Shown one piece after another: positions 28,342-42,393 of a stretch of DNA of 64,000 nucleotides. Numbering within the stretch: the first letter of the stretch is position 1; every line of letters starts with the position of its first letter. Location: the NCBI RefSeq assembly GCF_006345805.1, contig NC_042999.1, forward strand, positions 129,022,001 to 129,086,000, written 5' to 3'. The notes beneath the pieces were generated by a model. It did no database searches. It was given only the letters and a program-made list of their open reading frames with translations, and was not told the origin of the DNA. The translations under genes and the position numbers were made by a program. This stretch comes from Octopus sinensis. Taxonomy: Eukaryota.

Positions 28342-30509
28342 TGAGTAGCAAATATCCATTAGATGTACTGTAATTGCACCACCTGGAAGTTACTTGACAC
28401 AGGCAAAGATGGAGTATTTACATATTAAATATCATAGCTCTTTAGGAAACTCCATCAACAAAGCAGTTTGGGAATTGGTGTCAGAGCTGAGAAGCTTGTG
28501 ATAGTAATCAAGGTTATAATTTTTTTTTCTTTCATACAATATTGTTATGTTACATAAAATGGTGCACACAATACTAAATAATATCCAAGTGATTACTTAT
28601 TTAGGATAAGTCACTCTCACAGACATATTGCATCATCTGGTAGGTCATCAAATTCATCCTAATGTCTATTTAAACAATATTTGTCATGTCAATCAAAATT
28701 GCAGTTCTTTATAATATCACATTAAAAATAAAGTGCAATATCTGTAAATTTCATAAGTAGACATAAGGCCATTATATAACTGTATTTCTCTGGTAGATAC
28801 ATATAAACATCAACTACTATCAATAATCTGATAGTAGATGACAAGAAATCTGCATCATACTATGTTTATTGTACTAACGGTTGAGATTTCTATGCCATAT
28901 CTATAGAAATCAATCTTTTCTTGCTTGGTTTAGATTAGGAAACAATCACATTCTAATACATAAAAATGGATTAATAGGCTATATCCTTAAAAAAGCTGGT
29001 ATTAGAGAGAGCAGCAGCAAAAAGTTTCATATAAGTTTCAGTGTTTCCTCAGATGCAGCAGTTTATTTTTTGTCAACAGCTTTTTATCCCCTTTTACTGT
29101 CTGTCTAATGCTATAGTCACCCCGATTGTCTGTGAGCTTGTCATATCATTGTATTAGTTCTTCACTTAGTTCTTGAGTTACTGCTTCAGCTTAGGATTCA
29201 TCTTCTGCTCCCACATAATGGTTACTTTGAAATGTTACTGTTGTCTATCCTAATTACTTGTCTATTCTACTTCAGTTGAACCCTCAACATAGCTCAGAAA
29301 GGTTAGTACTGCTATCAGGTTCCTATTTGATAGTAACTCTCCAACAAATAGCACACACATACTGAGAGTTTCTAGTGTAGCTCCACCACTGACAGTACGC
29401 TTGACCCCAAATCAAAGAAGGCAGTTGTTTTGCTGTTGTATCATATTTCATTATTAAATAAACACAACTCATGTGATATGCAAACACTGTCAATAGCCTG
29501 AAGAATGTTGGGATTACATATGTGCTTTATTTGGAATATATTGTTAAAGAAACTTTTTATAACAGGCTAACTGTAAAATACAGCATTGAGTAAAAGATAA
29601 AAAAATATTTTGCATGTCAACCTTATTGTAGTTGACATAAATACATAAATATACATGTTGTAGCTGACATAAATACATACATAACACAACCAAATAATTT
29701 AGACTAAATATTGATTGATACATAAACAATCTGACTGATAGAGTGTATGCTCTATGACTGCACTAAAGCTTAATGAGACCCAATAAATTCAAAATATAGA
29801 TTATCTGGTAGCTGGAACTGCTCTTTATGGACGTTGTAACACCACACTTATTTTAGAGCAAGGCTAGAAATAATTTCTTACATAGTGTACATGTAAAAAT
29901 GAGTGTGTGATGTATGTGTATATAGATATAGAGGTGTAGAAGTATATATGCATGCATATACACAGAGGAAGAAATAAACAAAGAATTAGAGAAATTGTTT
30001 AACATGAACTTATGGAGATATTTTTAATGTCAGTAAAACTAGACATGGCAAAAGAAGTACTTATCAAGCTGAAGGAAAGATTACTTCCCCTGAGCTGAGC
30101 TAGTCAAATAACTATCAATTTATAGTGCAGTTACTGTCATTACTGGTACAGCCTCAGCGTTATCATTTGAACTTCAGTTGATCATTAAGCCTTTCCTTCA
30201 GTATCATGATAACAGACAAGGAATAAAACAACAAAATAAACAACTATCATCAAAAGACAGTACAGTGTGATTTCAAGAATATTTGGCTACTATTTCTAGC
30301 AGATCAAGTAACCATACTACAGCTCCTACTTGGGTGGTTAGGATCTCTTGGATGCCTTTTGATTAATAGGTCTGCTTGATCAGAGATAACTTCAGGCTTA
30401 ACAACAACAATCATCAAACACACCAATAATAACATACTTTTAATTTACAACTGAAGATTATTAGCCATTATCTGTAATGGCTGATGTAGAATAAATCTCA
30501 GTGTAAATG

Positions 30510-30722
30510 GGTTTCAAATTTTGGCATAAGGCCAGCAATTTTGAGGGAGTTGGTAAGTCGATTACATCGACCCCAGTGTTCAATTAGTACTAATTTTATC
30601 AACGCCAAAAGGATGAAAGGTAAAGTCAACCTTGGTGGAATCTGAACTCAGAACGTAAAGATGGATGAAATGCTGCTAAGCATTTTGCCCAGTGTGCTAA
30701 CGATTCTACCAGCTCACCGCCT
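30510..30722 (-). mobile_element. Full-length SINE family 'B' with 18-bp TSD
   Basis: Starts aggcggtgagctggtagaatcgttagcac on the minus strand; B-box-like GAGTTCAGATTCC. TSD taaa(t/c)ctc(ag/ga)tgtaaatg at 30492-30509 and 30723-30740. Confidence 0.85.
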
Positions 30723-31433
30723 TAAACCTCGATGTAAATGAATACATCATTACAAGAGGAGCAGCTCAAAAAGTACCACAGAAAACTTGATTGAAATGTA
30801 TTTAGATTAGATTAGTTAAACTGTGACTTCAAGCAATCACAGTGTGCTTTCACAAAGTATAAGTAGCAAAATAAAATTCCTTATGATTTTGAGTAAATCT
30901 TGCAAAGCACTTAGGAGACAGAATTCATTTCAATCTCAAAATAAAACTAAATTTAACATTACTTTAATATGAAAGTGAAAGAAAATATTTTAAAATATAA
31001 AAAGTTCACAGCAAAAATCAATGAAAACTTAAGTTGTTTGAAGACTGCTTTGTTCAGCACAAAGAATGAAATTTGTCTCAGTGTTTATACTTTATCACTG
31101 TAAGCTACATCATGTTTGCACAGTTTAATACTAACACAAGTGAAGTATTTTGTACATAGACACAACATATTAATGATAACTTGCAAACTACCATGATATT
31201 AATCCATACATATTTTATATTGTATTATCAGTTTATGGAGAGGGAGAAAATTCTATGTACAGAAATGTTATTAATTTCTGATATTAGGTTCAAGGCCACA
31301 AATTCACAGAGCTTGCCTTGCATAGAGTGGATGAATAACTGCATATGAGGGGTGGGATTTAGGCTCAGAATGTATAGGGATATCTATGGATATAAAAAAA
31401 AATAAAAGGAAAAACACAAATAAACAGAATTAC

Positions 31434-31566
31434 CTTTTCAAAAATCCCTCCTTTTTTCCTGAGAGTACGTTTCCTTTTAACAGCATCAAGCAAACGTCGA
31501 ATAGCAGGTTTTCCCATGCCAATCTTCTCCAAATCCTCACTTTTGACATATTCAAAATGAGCCAAT
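31434..31566 (-). CDS. TNK2: ACK coding exon 2: (R)LAHFEYVKSEDLEKIGMGKPAIRRLLDAVKRKRTLRKKGGIFEK, SAM C-half plus basic patch
   Basis: Acceptor tttctag, donor GTAATT. 133 nt = 1 + 44 codons; completes the AG+A Arg codon from exon 1. Confidence 0.96.
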
Positions 31567-32261
31567 CTAGAAAGTAAAGACAAGAATAGAAAAGTATAAA
31601 TATATATACATGTGTGTCTATATATATGTAGTGTGTGTGTGTGTGCGTGAATGAGTAAGAGACACAGAAAGTGTATGTATACTTTTGAAAGGCAAACAAT
31701 ATTTACAGATATTAGAAGTCAACTTGTCTCACAAAGCTCATACCTGACCTCTTATTCACACACACAAGTATGAACTAGTAAGCAGTTTTAAAAGTGAAAT
31801 CATTCACTACTTTAGATAACTACGGAAATTTTAGAATTACATAGAAGTATTGTACAACTTTAACATTTTCAAATTATATCAAAATAGAAATCTTTCAATA
31901 ACCTGTGCATACACCCGGATTAATCAGCACCTCTGACCTTTGCAAGTAAGCCCTTCCTGACTGGTGATAATAATATGACTGATGCCCAATCCAAACACCT
32001 ACAACTGAAAAACCTGGATAGTTGCAATAGTATCAGTACACAACTAGTTCAGAGTAGCAGGAAGCATTGTGATAGCCAATATGTAATCTAAAGACTTGTC
32101 TTTAAAACTGAAAGCAAACATTAAAATTTTTACACTTAGAACAATAAACAAAATATTCCTTAATGCAAATGTTGCATGAAGAGGGCATATATTTCAACAA
32201 TTATTAAATGACATCTCCTCATTGATGGCAAGAGAACCTTACATTCATAGTTGTAAATATT

Positions 32262-32465
32262 GATTTCAAATTTTGGCACAAGGCCAGCAATTTTGGAGGA
32301 GGTGGCAAGTCGATTACATCAACCCCAGTGCTCAACTGGTACTTGTTTTATTGACCCTGAAAGGCAAAGTCGACCTGGGTGGAATTTGAACTAAGAATGT
32401 AAAGATGGATGAAATGCTGCTAAACATTTTGCCTGGTGTGCAAACAATTCTGCCAGCTCACAACC
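32262..32465 (-). mobile_element. Full-length SINE family 'B' with 18-bp TSD
   Basis: Same body as 30510-30722. TSD ttcatagttgta(a/g)atatt at 32244-32261 and 32466-32483. Confidence 0.85.
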
Positions 32466-33749
32466 TTCATAGTTGTAGATATTAATAAAAGCTGAAAGGG
32501 GGAGTTGTTAAGGCAAATAATGAAACACTCAAATGCATTATATTGTACTTCTGTTGAAATAGAGGCATCAACATTCTTTATACTGAATTCCATTTTTTAT
32601 CTGATTTAGTCGTTTTCATCTCCTCCATTGTATCATTGCAACTTTTAACCCATTTTTTTACTCCAGCTTTGGTTGAATAAAAGTGCTTAGATGCAATTTT
32701 AGGCATTCAATTCTTTATAGGTTGTGCACTAAAACAAGACACATTCAGTTTTCTTTGATCTGGCAAACTAAAATCGATGTTGGTTCATAGTTCAGAAATT
32801 AGCATTACAAAGTATCCCAAACTGCAAAAACATACACAATGGAATAATGGATCATTATCATAAACAAAAAAGGAAAAAATTCAGTAAAAATGTATAGATT
32901 TTTATGATGTCTAAACTTGTTAAGAATCTCCTTATCTTCATACACATGCCACTCATTTAATAGAATGATTGAGCATTGTAACCCAATTTCTTAATGGACT
33001 TAGCAGCAAAGTGAGACAAGAAACAAGTTCTTTAGAAAAATTATCTTGGAACTGGAGAACATGAATATATAGCAATTGATCTATGCTTTGTATTTACTTG
33101 ATAGAAAGAACCAAATGTTTAAGTGTGTACATAGACAGATACACATGCAGACACATATATACACAAACATGCATGCACACACATACAATTTTATATATAT
33201 ATATATATAAATGGATGCTTAGACAATATATACAGCAATAGCAGAATGTTTTAAAATAGTGACTTCTTGATTCTTTTGGACGTTTAACCTAGCACAGTAC
33301 TCTACCATAAAAGCTCAGCACGTTTTTCAATGCAGGAGCATTGTGACAAATATTTTGTTAGCTTCCCATGGACCTGTGGAAGGCAATGAGAAGCTGCCCC
33401 TAATGTCATATCCAGTTGAGAATTCTTACATACCTTAGCCATACCATTTGATCTTGGTCTTGATTATGATTACTGATAAAATGTGACAGTTGATGGACAA
33501 TAGCCCATCTCATTATGCTCCCCATGTACAAGCACCCAGTATCAGGGCCATATTTGTTGACAACTAGGTAGATTCTGTAATTGATTTCTTACACATACAC
33601 ATCTCAAAGTTATTTGTTGCCACTTGTGTCTCTTCTTCTCTAATACATACATGCACCCACCCACACACACACACACACACATATATATATTTCATTTTGG
33701 GATTTGATTTGCAAGAGTCTTTATGTGAGTTCGTGTGATGAAGCATATT

Positions 33750-34042
33750 CTGTTGTGTCTGGGGAGAGTCATTCTTTTCTGGTGCCTTATAATTTAACAC
33801 ACTCACCGGTAAAATTTCCACTCATTTACTTATTTATTTTTCTAAAATCTTCGTTGCATCTTGCAACCTTCTCAATAGTTGTTGACTGCTTGAATAACAG
33901 ACAGAGTCAACAACTATTGAAAAGATTGCAAGATGCAACGAAAATTTTAGAAAAATAAATAAGTAAATGAGTGGAAATTTTACCAGTGAGTGTGTTAAAT
34001 TATAAGGCACTAAAAAAGAATGACACTCCCCAGACACAACAG
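33750..34042. mobile_element. Foldback/MITE-like palindrome: 138-bp arms, 17-bp spacer
   Basis: 33750-33887 is the reverse complement of 33905-34042 with few mismatches; hence the mirror ORFs 33704+ and 33834-. The right end abuts (TA)n. Confidence 0.9.
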
Positions 34043-34322
34043 TATATATATATATATATATATATTGTTATACCAAAAGACTGACTGGACTAAACAGAAC
34101 AGGAGGAGACATGGGATGGAGAGTTGCTGAAGAGCTCACAGGATATGTGGCAAAAATTTAGATTTAGACAAAGGACACTAAATAATAATAATGATAAAGC
34201 TGAAGTGAAGAATGAGTATATAGTGCATGTGTTTATTGGGGGTGGGTGGGGGAGACCATCCACAAATATAACAATATATGTTTCAACACACGATTTCACA
34301 TTAGGAAATCTTGCAAAACAAA

Positions 34323-34451
<129 letters not shown>

Positions 34452-35422
34452 GTGTGTGTGTGTGTTCACATGCGCCAATTTATTTATAAACAGCCAATAA
34501 ACCATTCAAGTGTATTCTTACTTGTATTGTCGAAAATATTTCATATTGAATCTATCCAAATCATAAATTGCTGTAGCATCTTAAAAGAGTCCCAGAAAAA
34601 AAGTTGTGCATAGCAGAGGAGGAAAACATTAATTAAGACACTTATTGATATAGTCTGCAACAGTCAGCTTACATATAATCTAGGCCTAAAGTAGACATAG
34701 ATGGAGTGATGTTTAAAAGGTGGGTTTAACTCCTCTTTGTTTCTAGCTTTAAAAGGTAGGCTCAGATAAAACATCCGATGTCTGCACTGGTATGTTTGAC
34801 AAGTAAAAAGTTTCCAGTAACAGAATGCTCTGTTGTAGTTTCACCACTGGCTGAAGATGAAATGAACAGAAAAAAAAAAGTAACCAACAAAAGGGAATAG
34901 GGACAAAAAGAACTCTGTAAATATATGAAGTCAAGGAAGAAGTTAATTGCCTCTGGACAAATAGCTTAAGAAAGAAGATGTAATCTTGACTGAATCACAT
35001 GCAGGTGTTTTCAGGGTTTAAAAAAAAAAATCTCACCTGCATGCAATTTACTGACAATACTGTATGTCTTTGTAGTGAGGGTGGATGTGATGGAGGGAGT
35101 TTGTGGAGTGGTGGAGGTAATAATAGTAGTAGTGTCAGAACCAGTCACTTGTACAAGGCAATAAATAAATAAACTGAAAGGAATAACTATATAAAAAACA
35201 ATATAATCTTATCAAATGATATTAGGACTGCTGCCTAAGTTAAGAAATATCCTTGAATTGAAAAAAAAAATAACATATACACCTTCATTTCTGAAGTTGT
35301 TAACAGAAAGGTAGTGAATATACAGTATATAAATATAGCATCTATAATAAAGCACAAGTTCATTCTGTTTTCTTGAAAACTTAACAAGGCATCAACTTTT
35401 GTATTATCTGCACCCTAGTGAA

Positions 35423-35750
35423 GGTGTGTGGCATAGTAGTTAGGGTATTTGGCTTATGATCATAAGGTTTATGATTCAATTCCTGGTAGCAGGTGTCCTT
35501 GAGCAAGAAACTTTATTTCATGTTGCTCCAATTCACTCAGTTGGCAAAAATGAGCAGTACCTGTATTTCAAAGGGCCAGCCGGGTTACATTCTGAGTCAC
35601 GGTGAATCTCCCTGAGAACTATGTTAAGAGTATGCATATCTGTGGAGTACTCAGCCACCTGTATGTTAATTTGATAAGCAGGATGTTCCATTGATCAGAT
35701 CAGCTGGAACCTTTGTCATCATAACTGAAGGCGCGTCAGTTATTTGAACC
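35423..35750 (+). mobile_element. tRNA-derived SINE, family 'E'
   Basis: A-box TGGCATAGTAGTTAGG and B-box GATTCAATTCC, then gtgtccttgagcaag. A related head lies on the minus strand at about 56840-56968 (TGGCCTAGTGGTTAGG...TTTCAATTCC). Confidence 0.7.
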
Positions 35751-35955
35751 AAAATGTTAAAGTATATACAAGATGGAGGAAGAAGTGGTCGGACTTAGGA
35801 AATTTGTAAACAAATTTATTTATTAATAAATAGTGAAACCTTCTCAGTTAACAAATACAAAGCTGTATTAGCATTTCAGTCTTTTCCACAAGTAATTTAG
35901 GAAAACAACACCAATATATATGCTGGCACGTGCACATATGAAATTTAAACTGAAA

Positions 35956-36311
35956 TTTTTACATGGCACTAGCACTGGTGAGGTCACCAAGTTACTTGCA
36001 AGACAAAGATCCATTGAGAGAAGATTGGTATTGGAGTAGGTGTCTTTTGTGCCAGGTGATGATGAGAAGAGTATGACAGAGAGACAGAAATAGGTATGTG
36101 TGTGTGTGAGCGCATGCACACGTGTGCACCTAGTGTGTGTTACTGTCTCCTTGCCTTGACATCACATGATAGCTGTAAACGGGTGTCACAGTCATGCAAG
36201 CAGTGTCCTTTGTTACCAAACTATGCATGTGTGTGTGTGTGCATATGTGCATACATAAATAAGTACGATAATGACCTTACCATATGGTTAAAAAGTTGAT
36301 TTTGGGCAAGT
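35956..36311. repeat. Dispersed direct duplication, copy 1 (copy 2 at 38596-38933)
   Basis: About 350 bp of SINE-derived composite sequence with matching internal junctions; offset about 2640 bp; scattered substitutions and microsatellite length differences. Confidence 0.9.
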
Positions 36312-38155
36312 AACATCTTTTGTTAAAGAAAATTTGATATTTTTTTGGTTCCTTTAAGCTTTCTTTCAATATTTTTCACAAACATGGGTTAAACAATGAC
36401 ATTTTAAAATTAACATTTCCCCTTAAATTTTAAATAAGAATAATTTATTGAAGGACACATAGATAAGATTTATAAAAATGTTAAAAGATGAACAACAGGA
36501 TCATATATTCAACTTCCTAACTTCTTTACCCCTTTCTAGTTTCTGAAGAAAATCATATTTACAACATACCCTTCTTCAACTATACTTTCAACTTGTTATA
36601 TTTATTCCATATCTAATTCATAAATGTTCTCAGCTGATAATAAGAGAGAACTACTACTACATAAGGACTGAGTATATTCAATGCAGCAGTAACTCAGCTT
36701 AAAAGTGCTCCCCTAAGATAGTTTCCCCTCAGCAATATTGTGGCCTAGTGGTTAAGATGTTGCTCTAGAGCTGGGGGGGGGGGGGGGCAGCATGTCAAAG
36801 AACAGACCCAGCATTTCCTCTGTGTATTGTAAAAGGTAACTAAAAAAGGTTGAGGTAGGATTTGCACTCTGGCCTTATAAAAACCTCAGCAGCAGCAACT
36901 ACCCAGACAGACCCATGTTTGGAGGGTGGTAAACTGAGTGGTGCAAATGTGTCATCCATCAGAAGTAGGTAATCCCCAACAAATACTAGATACAGTGTCA
37001 CACTGTTACAGTGCATGCCCCCATACTACTAATATTGTCGAGATTCATAATTGGCATTGCTACATGTATGTATATATATGTGTGTGTGAGTGTGTGTGTA
37101 TTGATCAGTCTTAGTCTTGCTAACTGAGTAGATTTATACAACTGAAACAGGTCAGTTGCTTTAAAAACTAGATACACTCCAATGATTACTTATATTGCCA
37201 AAAAGTTTAAGTCAACTGATTTTAATGTAGTTATCCGTCATGTTTACTATTTAAATTTGAGGCAGGGAATATTTGTCAGGCTAATTGCCTAACTTATTTC
37301 AGGTGACTAAAGTTATTCAACACACTAGGTTACATATATGAAACCCTACCATTCATGAATAAAGGTTTATTGGTCACATTTTCCTCTTGACTGTAGTCAT
37401 GAATATTTATGTATGTGCATCAGCTGCTTCATTCCAGATATACAAGCAGTGGTAGTCCTTGCTTGACTTCTTGGTCAGCCCTGGTCAAGTAGACATATCA
37501 TCAAAAGATATTCCAGCTTTAACCCTCCTGTTTGTATACTAGGAGCTACATTAAACTGATGAGACTTGCATTTATTTTCATAACAACAACATGAGATTTG
37601 AACAAGATTGGGCTGCTATTTTTAGCCTTATAATGCATGGTCAGTAGTCATTCACAGCTGAAATAGGTTCTGTCTCTGGACACAAGGTTTAGCCTGTAAA
37701 ATGTAGATGGTAACTACAAGAGATCTTAAGTGGCTGCAAGGCCTAGTGTTTGTAAAGCTTAATGATGGTTTACTCATGAGTAAAGAGGCTGCAAAGTTAT
37801 ATGTTTCTCTGTTATGTGTACCAACCATGCAAATAAGGTTACCCAATGACAAAAACAAGTAAAGAATTCTACCAATTTTATGCTATTTACGCAAGGAGTT
37901 CCTATATTGCAATTTGTAAACAATAGTGTTATTGGTTGAAGGTTTCTAGCAAGCTAATCATTGGTTCGTTGAAGTTCTAATGGTGAGAGTGAAGAGACAG
38001 TGTTTGTAATCTAGTAACCTGGAAGAATTTTGAGGAAGAGCACTGGCTTTTTGCCAATGTTTACATCCTTTGGCAATATAGAGTAAAAGGCAGAAATACA
38101 CAAACACTTGCACACACAGACGTACACACACGTGTGTGTGTGTGTGTGTACAAAC

Positions 38156-38190
<35 letters not shown>

Positions 38191-40731
38191 TAAATAAATA
38201 CATGCATATACACACATGTGTGTGTGTGTGATTGTACAGTAAGGAGTTTGCTTCCCAACCAATGCTTCAGAGTTCATTCCCACAGTGTGGTACCTTTGCA
38301 AGTGTCTTCTACTTTTGCCCCAGGCCAACCAAAGCCTTGTGAGTAGATTTAGTAGATGGAAGCTAAAAGAAGCCCATCATGTATACATATGTGTGTGTGT
38401 GTGTGTTTATATGTGTGTGTATATATAATCATCATAAACGTCACCATCATTTAATGTCTGTTTTCTATACTGGCATGGATTGGACTGTTTGACAGGAGCT
38501 GGCAACCCAGAAGGCTCTACTGTCAGTTTTGGCATGTTTTCTACAGCTGGATGCTCCTCCTAATGCCAATCACTTTATAGTGTGGATTGGATGCTTTTTT
38601 ACATGGCACCAGCACTGGTGAGGTCACCAAGTTACTTGCAAGACAAAGATCCTTTGAGAGAAGATTGGTATTGGAGTAGATGTCTTTGTGCCAGGTGCTG
38701 AGAGGAGTATGACAGAGAGACAGAAACAGGTATGTGTGTGTGTGCACACATGTGTGCACCTAGTGTGTGTTACTGTCTCCTTGCCTTGACATCACATGAT
38801 AGCTGTAAACGGGTGTCACAGTCATGCAAGCAGTGTCCTTTGTTACCAAACTATGCATGTGTGTGTGTATGCATACATAAATAAGTATGATAATGACCTT
38901 ACCATGTGGTTAAAAAGTTGATTTTGGGCAAGTGTCCTCTACTGTAAACTCAAGTTGACTAATATCTTGTGAGTATAACTTGGTTGGTAGATATAGGGCA
39001 AAAGCCTGTTGTGTGTGTGCACACATATATGAACAACAGGCTTCCACATAGTTTCTGCCAACTAAATTCTTCTCACAAGTTAAATCAAGCAGAGGTTATA
39101 GTAGAAGACACTTGTCCAAGGTGTCACTAAGAGGAACTGAACCAAGTGCTATGTAGTTGTAAAGCAAGCCTTTTAATAACAGAGCCATGCTGGCAGACCT
39201 TATCATTGCTTAATGTTGCAAAGGTCCTTATTTGAATTCAAAATGAAATCATTGGACACATGAACTCACAAAATTATATAATGATGAAGATCTTGTCCAT
39301 AGTTGCTTTAATATTCAGTTTTAAGTTCACCTATGATTTAAATCATTGTGTCCTTGCTTTACAAGAACAGCCTAAGGATCCTATCTGCTATCTTGGTTAT
39401 CTGGATATTGTGTTTGTTTCCGTAGTTTCTTTCAGTCTTTCTTAGTATAACTCTTAAGTTGATCATCTTTAGATCCAGGATTATGATATAACTTTTGGCA
39501 AGAGCCACAACAGAAGTAAATCACCTGGCTGTAAGTTGGCAAATAACTGGAAAGTTGTAAGCTTATATATACTGAGAGAAAGAAAGACAGGCAGAAAAAG
39601 AACAAAAGAAAGAGATAAAAAAGACTGATATATTAAGCACTTTAGAGATGCAATGGTAAATTTATAAAATACAACCCATCCAAAACCATTATCCTTTATC
39701 TTTAGGTAAGACTCTCAGTATAGGCAAGGGAAAAAACATGATACCACTCCTAATTAATATTTAAATCATTGGCTTTTATCTAGCAGCACAGTCATGCCCC
39801 AACAACTCAATGAAAATACATTTCCATATTCCTAAAATGTTTAATTTATAAAATTGCTTTTATCAAACATTTACATTTACAAATCAAAAATTAAAATGCA
39901 AAATTTAAAATGAAATGAAATAAATAAATTTTTAAAATGCGCATACCCACATTGAATGCAAAAATGAAACACTGATTAAAAAAGGCAGAGTGTACTTTCA
40001 ATCTAATTTATAACAGAGAAATTATCTTCAAACTAAAATTTACATGCAACAATAAGAGTTCTTTAAGCATTGAAATAGCAGTAATAATGATCAGAGTATG
40101 GATTGCTGCTGACATTAGAAAACCTGTCATTTACCTTCTACTTAATTCAGTCATTGAACTGCAGTCATGCTGGGGCATCACCTTGAAAAGTTTAGTTGAA
40201 CCAATTGATCCCAGTACTTAATCATTAAATCTGGGACTTATTCGATTAGTCTCTCTTTGCCAAACTGCTAAGTTACAGGGACATAAACCATCATCAGTTG
40301 TCAATGGTAGTTGGGGGACAAGCACAAACACAAAGAAACACACACAATTTCCATCTACTAAATTCATTCACAATGCATTAGTCAACCCAGAGCTATAGCA
40401 GAAGGACTTGCCCAAGGTGCCGTGCAATGGGACCAAACCCAAAACAACATTGTTGCAAAACAAGATTCTTAACCACATGGCCATGTCTAAATTGAGAGAG
40501 AGGTAAAAGTAACTAAGAAAGAATCATTTGTAAATTAGTTGCAAATTAGCATATTTAGCTTGGGAAAAATTGGCCCAAAGGACAGAGCAGAATTCACAAA
40601 AATAATCTTAAAGAAAAATTGAAAAAAGAAAAAAGAAAAACAAAGACCAGCTCGAGGTATCTACAATAAAATGCAGATAAGTTTAGAAACTAAAAATGTA
40701 AATTAATTCTTTTTCTTTAAAAGCTGTAGAG

Positions 40732-40920
40732 CAGCAGTCCCCAACCATTTTTGCACCACAAACCGATTTCATGCAAGACAACTTTCTTCATGGACCAGAG
40801 GATCATACACATAACAAAACACAATGAAGTGCATAATATATAATTTGATTATTACATATAAATATGTATATAAAGCAGTAATGCCCTGTAGACTGTGACA
40901 GTCTATAAAATAGAAATAAA
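40732..40920. mobile_element. Possible hAT-type MITE fragment
   Basis: Begins cagcagtccccaaccatttttgcaccac, resembling hAT/Charlie-type termini (CAG.GGTCCCCAACC). No clear second TIR. Confidence 0.35.
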
Positions 40921-41441
40921 ATTTTAAAATTTATTCTTTCTATGCCGTACTGTGTTTAGGGACCCTTGCTGTAGAGGGCGGAGACTATACCTGAGGCATG
41001 TGTATGAGGTTAATGTAGCTTACATTTATTTTGAAATCTTGAATGAGTGGAGAGGGGCATGACAGAGAAAGACTTTTAGAAGAATGTATTGAAGAAAATG
41101 TTCAGTTAAAGATTTGATTTGAAAAGGGAAATTTAGTGGGGATGAGGAAAAGAAAAAGTGAAGGCTACATTTAGTTAGTACCGATAAGGGTAGGTACAAG
41201 AGAAACATACCATTGTGTCATCATTATCATTAGTTAAACATTTGTTTTCTATAATGGTATGTGTCAGACAATTTGACAAGAACTGGGAAGTCAGAAGACT
41301 GCACTGAGCCTAACTGTCTGCTTTGGTATGGTTTCTGTGGTTGGATGCCCTTCTTAACACCAACCATTTTACAATGTGTCAATAAAAACCAATTTGAGAA
41401 CACAAGCCAAATTGTTTGTACAATGTGTGTGTGTGTGTGTG

Positions 41442-41491
<50 letters not shown>

Positions 41492-42393
41492 GAGAGAGAG
41501 ATGGTTGCAACATCCTAACTATATCACTAGTTTTTATACAGTTAATTAATTGACATTTCATATGTAGTACCTTTGCTTTACCAAATACAATAATTCCCTT
41601 TTTACTGAATACTGTCAAATCTCTCTCCCTAAAATATGAAATATTTGTCCAATGTTCATACCTTTCTCAGTATCATAAACATCATAAATGAAGTAACTTT
41701 CAATCAGTCACTAAAATCACCTTGCAATATGGACCAGCAATAGTTTACTTTCTTACTTAACAGCAGATAGTGCACTTTTTGACATGTATTGAACTCTAGC
41801 CTCCTGTCTTTAAGTCATACCATTTGGCCTTTTCCTTCTTGAAGCAATTGTAGCACTCTAGTTTTTTTCCAATTCATTTACAAGACAGAGACATAATTTA
41901 AGTTTGTTTTTTTTAATTCAGTTATTTCCTGTCAAAGTAATTTTTTTAAAGTTAAAATGTGAGGATTTTTTTTTAAAAAAGAAAAGAATGATAAAAATTA
42001 AAGCAAAAAGACATTACATTCAAGCAGAGAAAGACCAGGTGCTAATACCACTTAGAGAAGCTATGTAAGTCAGAATGTCAGGTAAGAAAATAAACCAGCA
42101 AAATCAAGTGGTTTGTATTCATTTCTAGCATAATTCTGATAGACATCTTCTCAGTAGCAGATAAGAAAAGCTACACCTGAACTCAGCCATGAAATTGATG
42201 AGGTCAACATAAGACAAAAGGAAGAATTCCTTTTATGACTAGTGGTATGAACAAAGGGGATTAGTTAGAATAAAATTTGTCCAAACAAAACTGTACATAT
42301 TTATGCATTTATACACACACACAAAACTACCTGTATGTACATACATCATCATCATCATTGAACATTCACTGTTTCTATGCCTGCATGGGTTAA

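Noticed and set aside
30510-32465. SINE pair flanking exon 2 as a circRNA driver
   Set aside because: Both copies are in the same orientation and cannot pair with each other.
35423-35485. tRNA gene candidates (also 36739-36760 and 56900-56968)
   Set aside because: A/B boxes are present but there is no cloverleaf, and they run into SINE bodies.
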